From a virus: 64,000 nucleotides of DNA. A model generated the notes under the pieces. It was not told the origin of the DNA and did not search any database. It saw only the letters and a list, made by a program, of their open reading frames with translations. Numbering within the stretch: the stretch's first letter is position 1; each line of letters begins with the position of its first letter. Shown piece after piece: positions 63,802 through 64,000 of this stretch. Made by a program: the position numbers and the translations under genes. The stretch lies in the IMG/VR virus record IMGVR_UViG_3300046504_000138, positions 6,638 through 70,637 of that record. The stretch is one strand, 5' to 3'.

Positions 63802-64000
63802 TAATGTTTCAAATGTTACTCGGACACCTTGTGGGAGACTATCTCCTGCAGAACGATTGGATGGCGAAAAATAAAGCCGATAACAATCTTGAAGGTTGGT
63901 GTGCAGCATTTATTCATTGCATATTATATACCCTTGCAGTATGCTTATTTATGTGGAACTTTCAATTGATCTGGATTGCAGTTGTATTTCTTAGTCATTT
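63798..64000 (+). CDS. DUF3307-like membrane protein (3'-truncated)
   Basis: LLGHLVGDYLLQNDWMA..K...H...Y runs off the window end. Confidence 0.75.
   Translation, partial: MIMFQMLLGHLVGDYLLQNDWMAKNKADNNLEGWCAAFIHCILYTLAVCLFMWNFQLIWIAVVFLSH

Noticed and set aside
1-64000. Stop-codon reassignment as seen in some Bacteroidota phages
   Set aside because: Genes are full length in code 11, and TAG and TGA both end genes at sensible positions (e.g. 20450, 24335, 3611)

Overview
This window is an AT-rich, gene-dense 64 kb segment of a large (probably jumbo, T4-like or myovirus-like) phage genome read in standard code 11. The host is very likely a Bacteroidota member, because TTG-N18-20-TAnnTTTG promoters recur and exported proteins carry D-S/T-hydrophobic glycosylation motifs. 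Positions 1-28 kb hold virion, lysis and replication/repair genes: RuvC-like resolvase, primase, ECF-type sigma, Hsp20, an Mre11-Rad50 fusion, dCMP deaminase, a 1193-aa modular head-type protein, GH25 lysin and Cys-rich tail-fibre proteins. Positions 28-34.7 kb are a minus-strand block (lytic transglycosylase, exonucleases, HAD, HD). Positions 35-64 kb are accessory, nucleotide and RNA-repair genes: a J-domain/vWA/PurA-like/ATP-grasp cluster, DNA ligase, Rnl2, Thg1-like, DHFR, Nudix, Dda helicase and NADAR. Signals beyond the ORF track: (1) a ~520-nt structured-RNA cassette directly upstream of the RNA ligase, with a boxA-like site, a ~220-nt probably pseudoknotted ncRNA and a 161-nt tRNA-like RNA whose anticodon arm is replaced by ~110 nt; (2) two homing-endonuclease cassettes inserted into gene 5' ends, leaving the old N-terminal stub and supplying a recoded new one; (3) a 2.9-kb IS607/TnpB element with cargo genes that splits a phage gene at GG; (4) three promoter classes, including seven exact TGTAAC-N16-CGTATAAT copies; (5) an unannotated RiPP-precursor-like His-Pro peptide. 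All functional calls come from motif recognition by eye; no searches were run.
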